A DNA stretch of 64,000 nucleotides, taken from the NCBI GenBank assembly GCA_965226205.1, contig CBDDCJ010000023.1, forward strand, positions 151,901-215,900, in the 5' to 3' direction. Source of the DNA: Opitutales bacterium (GTDB taxonomy: Bacteria > Verrucomicrobiota > Verrucomicrobiia > Opitutales > UBA2987). The notes below the pieces were generated by a model. That model searched no databases, was not told the DNA's origin, and worked only from the letters and a program-made list of their open reading frames with translations. Positions 63,097 through 64,000 of the stretch are shown here, in pieces. The position numbers were made by a program, and so were the translations under genes. Every line of letters starts with the position of its first letter. The first letter of the stretch is position 1.

Positions 63097-64000
63097 TCCA
63101 GCCCGCTTCTCAATTCGTTGGCCGAAGGTATTCCGGGAAGCCCCTCGGCCTGGCGAATGCTTCGCAAAACCGCCTCCGCCATCACATCGGCAGCCAATGC
63201 GCCGAGCACCAGCAGGTTGGTTTTTTTCTCATAACCGCTGGTGCTGAGAGCAAAAATAGTGTCCCCATCGACCGGCGTGTGGGCCGGGTAAATGGTTCGG
63301 GCCAATCCGTCATGGGCCATTTGGGCCAGCTTGGTGGCTTCGGCCTGGGTTAGATCGGCATTGGTGGCGATGACACCCAGGGTGGTATTTTCGCCGCGGG
63401 CTCCGATTGCCTGAAATCCCGAATGAATCAAATGGCGAACATCGGCCAGGGACTTCCCATCCGGGCCGCGCATTCCAGCCACAACCCGGCCGCTTGCCGG
63501 ATCAATCACGTCTCCCGCCGCGTTCACAACCACCAGGGCGGCCACCACCAGGCCATCCGGCATGACCAAGGCAAAACTGCCCACCCCGGACTTCATGGGT
63601 AAGGGCGGGGCGCCCAGTTTGCCCACCGTGGCCCCGGCTCCAGCCCCCACGCTGCCTTCTTCCACGGGACCTCGAGTGGCGTTTTGGGCCGCCCGGTAGC
63701 CGCTGGCGGCATCGGGGCGCGGGGTGCCCTCCCCTATCCCCAGGTCGTATAAAATGGCTGCCGGCACGATCGGCACGGGTCCGGCCCTAGTGGGAAAACC
63801 AATCCCTTTTTCTTCCAGATAACGGACCACCCCGCTGGCCGCGTCCAGGCCAAATGCGCTCCCCCCGGCCAGAACGATGGCGTGCACTTTTTGCACCATA
63901 TTGACCGGATTAAGCAGGTCGGTCTCCCTGGTGCCGGGGGCCCCGCCCCGCACATCCACACCGGCCACGGCACCCCCCTCCACCAGGATAACAGTGCATC
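63093..64000 (-). CDS. P1/DmpA-family peptidase (L-aminopeptidase/D-esterase-like), 5'-truncated by the window edge
   Basis: Frame open to the window end (..CTVILVEGGAV); DVRGGAPGTRETDLL, LAGGSAFGL, GAGAGATVG, NTT, DGDTIFALST. Confidence 0.9.
   Translation of the reverse strand, partial: CTVILVEGGAVAGVDVRGGAPGTRETDLLNPVNMVQKVHAIVLAGGSAFGLDAASGVVRYLEEKGIGFPTRAGPVPIVPAAILYDLGIGEGTPRPDAASGYRAAQNATRGPVEEGSVGAGAGATVGKLGAPPLPMKSGVGSFALVMPDGLVVAALVVVNAAGDVIDPASGRVVAGMRGPDGKSLADVRHLIHSGFQAIGARGENTTLGVIATNADLTQAEATKLAQMAHDGLARTIYPAHTPVDGDTIFALSTSGYEKKTNLLVLGALAADVMAEAVLRSIRQAEGLPGIPSANELRSGLE

Noticed and set aside
1-64000. tRNA, rRNA or riboswitch genes
   Set aside because: No cloverleaf, T-loop or rRNA-like stretch was recognised by eye. 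tRNAscan-SE and an Rfam/Infernal search would be needed to exclude them, especially at 23790-24135 and 27515-27776.

Overview
Bacterial chromosomal segment, probably from Verrucomicrobiota (Opitutia-like). The taxon is inferred from the RuvC N-terminal extension, co-occurring RNase HII and HIII, and the anti-sigma types; it was not tested. Most of the window is housekeeping: acs, queA, ruvC, a cysteine desulfurase, KpsF/KdsD, a sugar ABC transporter, ferritin, lysA, dprA, nnr, pdxJ, rnhB, rnhC, mutY, nadE, hemL and murJ. The main accessory region (about 23.8-33.8 kb) is AT-richer. It holds two near-identical 1824-bp IS5-family elements, a 1333-bp IS3-family element, and a 298-bp MITE in tandem with the second IS5 copy at a triplicated 7-bp target (TATTTTA) inside a methyltransferase gene. 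It also holds a four-gene sulfation locus pairing a PAPS-independent arylsulfotransferase with a PAPS-dependent sulfotransferase and two membrane proteins, which is the best candidate here for an undescribed system. Other points of interest: a hairpin-filled 262-bp element with terminal inverted repeats; an apparently exported DUF62 SAM-hydrolase homolog with Asn in place of the triad Asp; a His/Tyr-rich secreted protein beside an orphan zinc anti-sigma factor; a six-receiver signalling cluster whose only enzymatic output is a frameshifted adenylate cyclase; an IS200 element; and a run of small motif lesions at 46-56 kb that may be real decay or consensus errors. No rRNA, tRNA or CRISPR array was seen.
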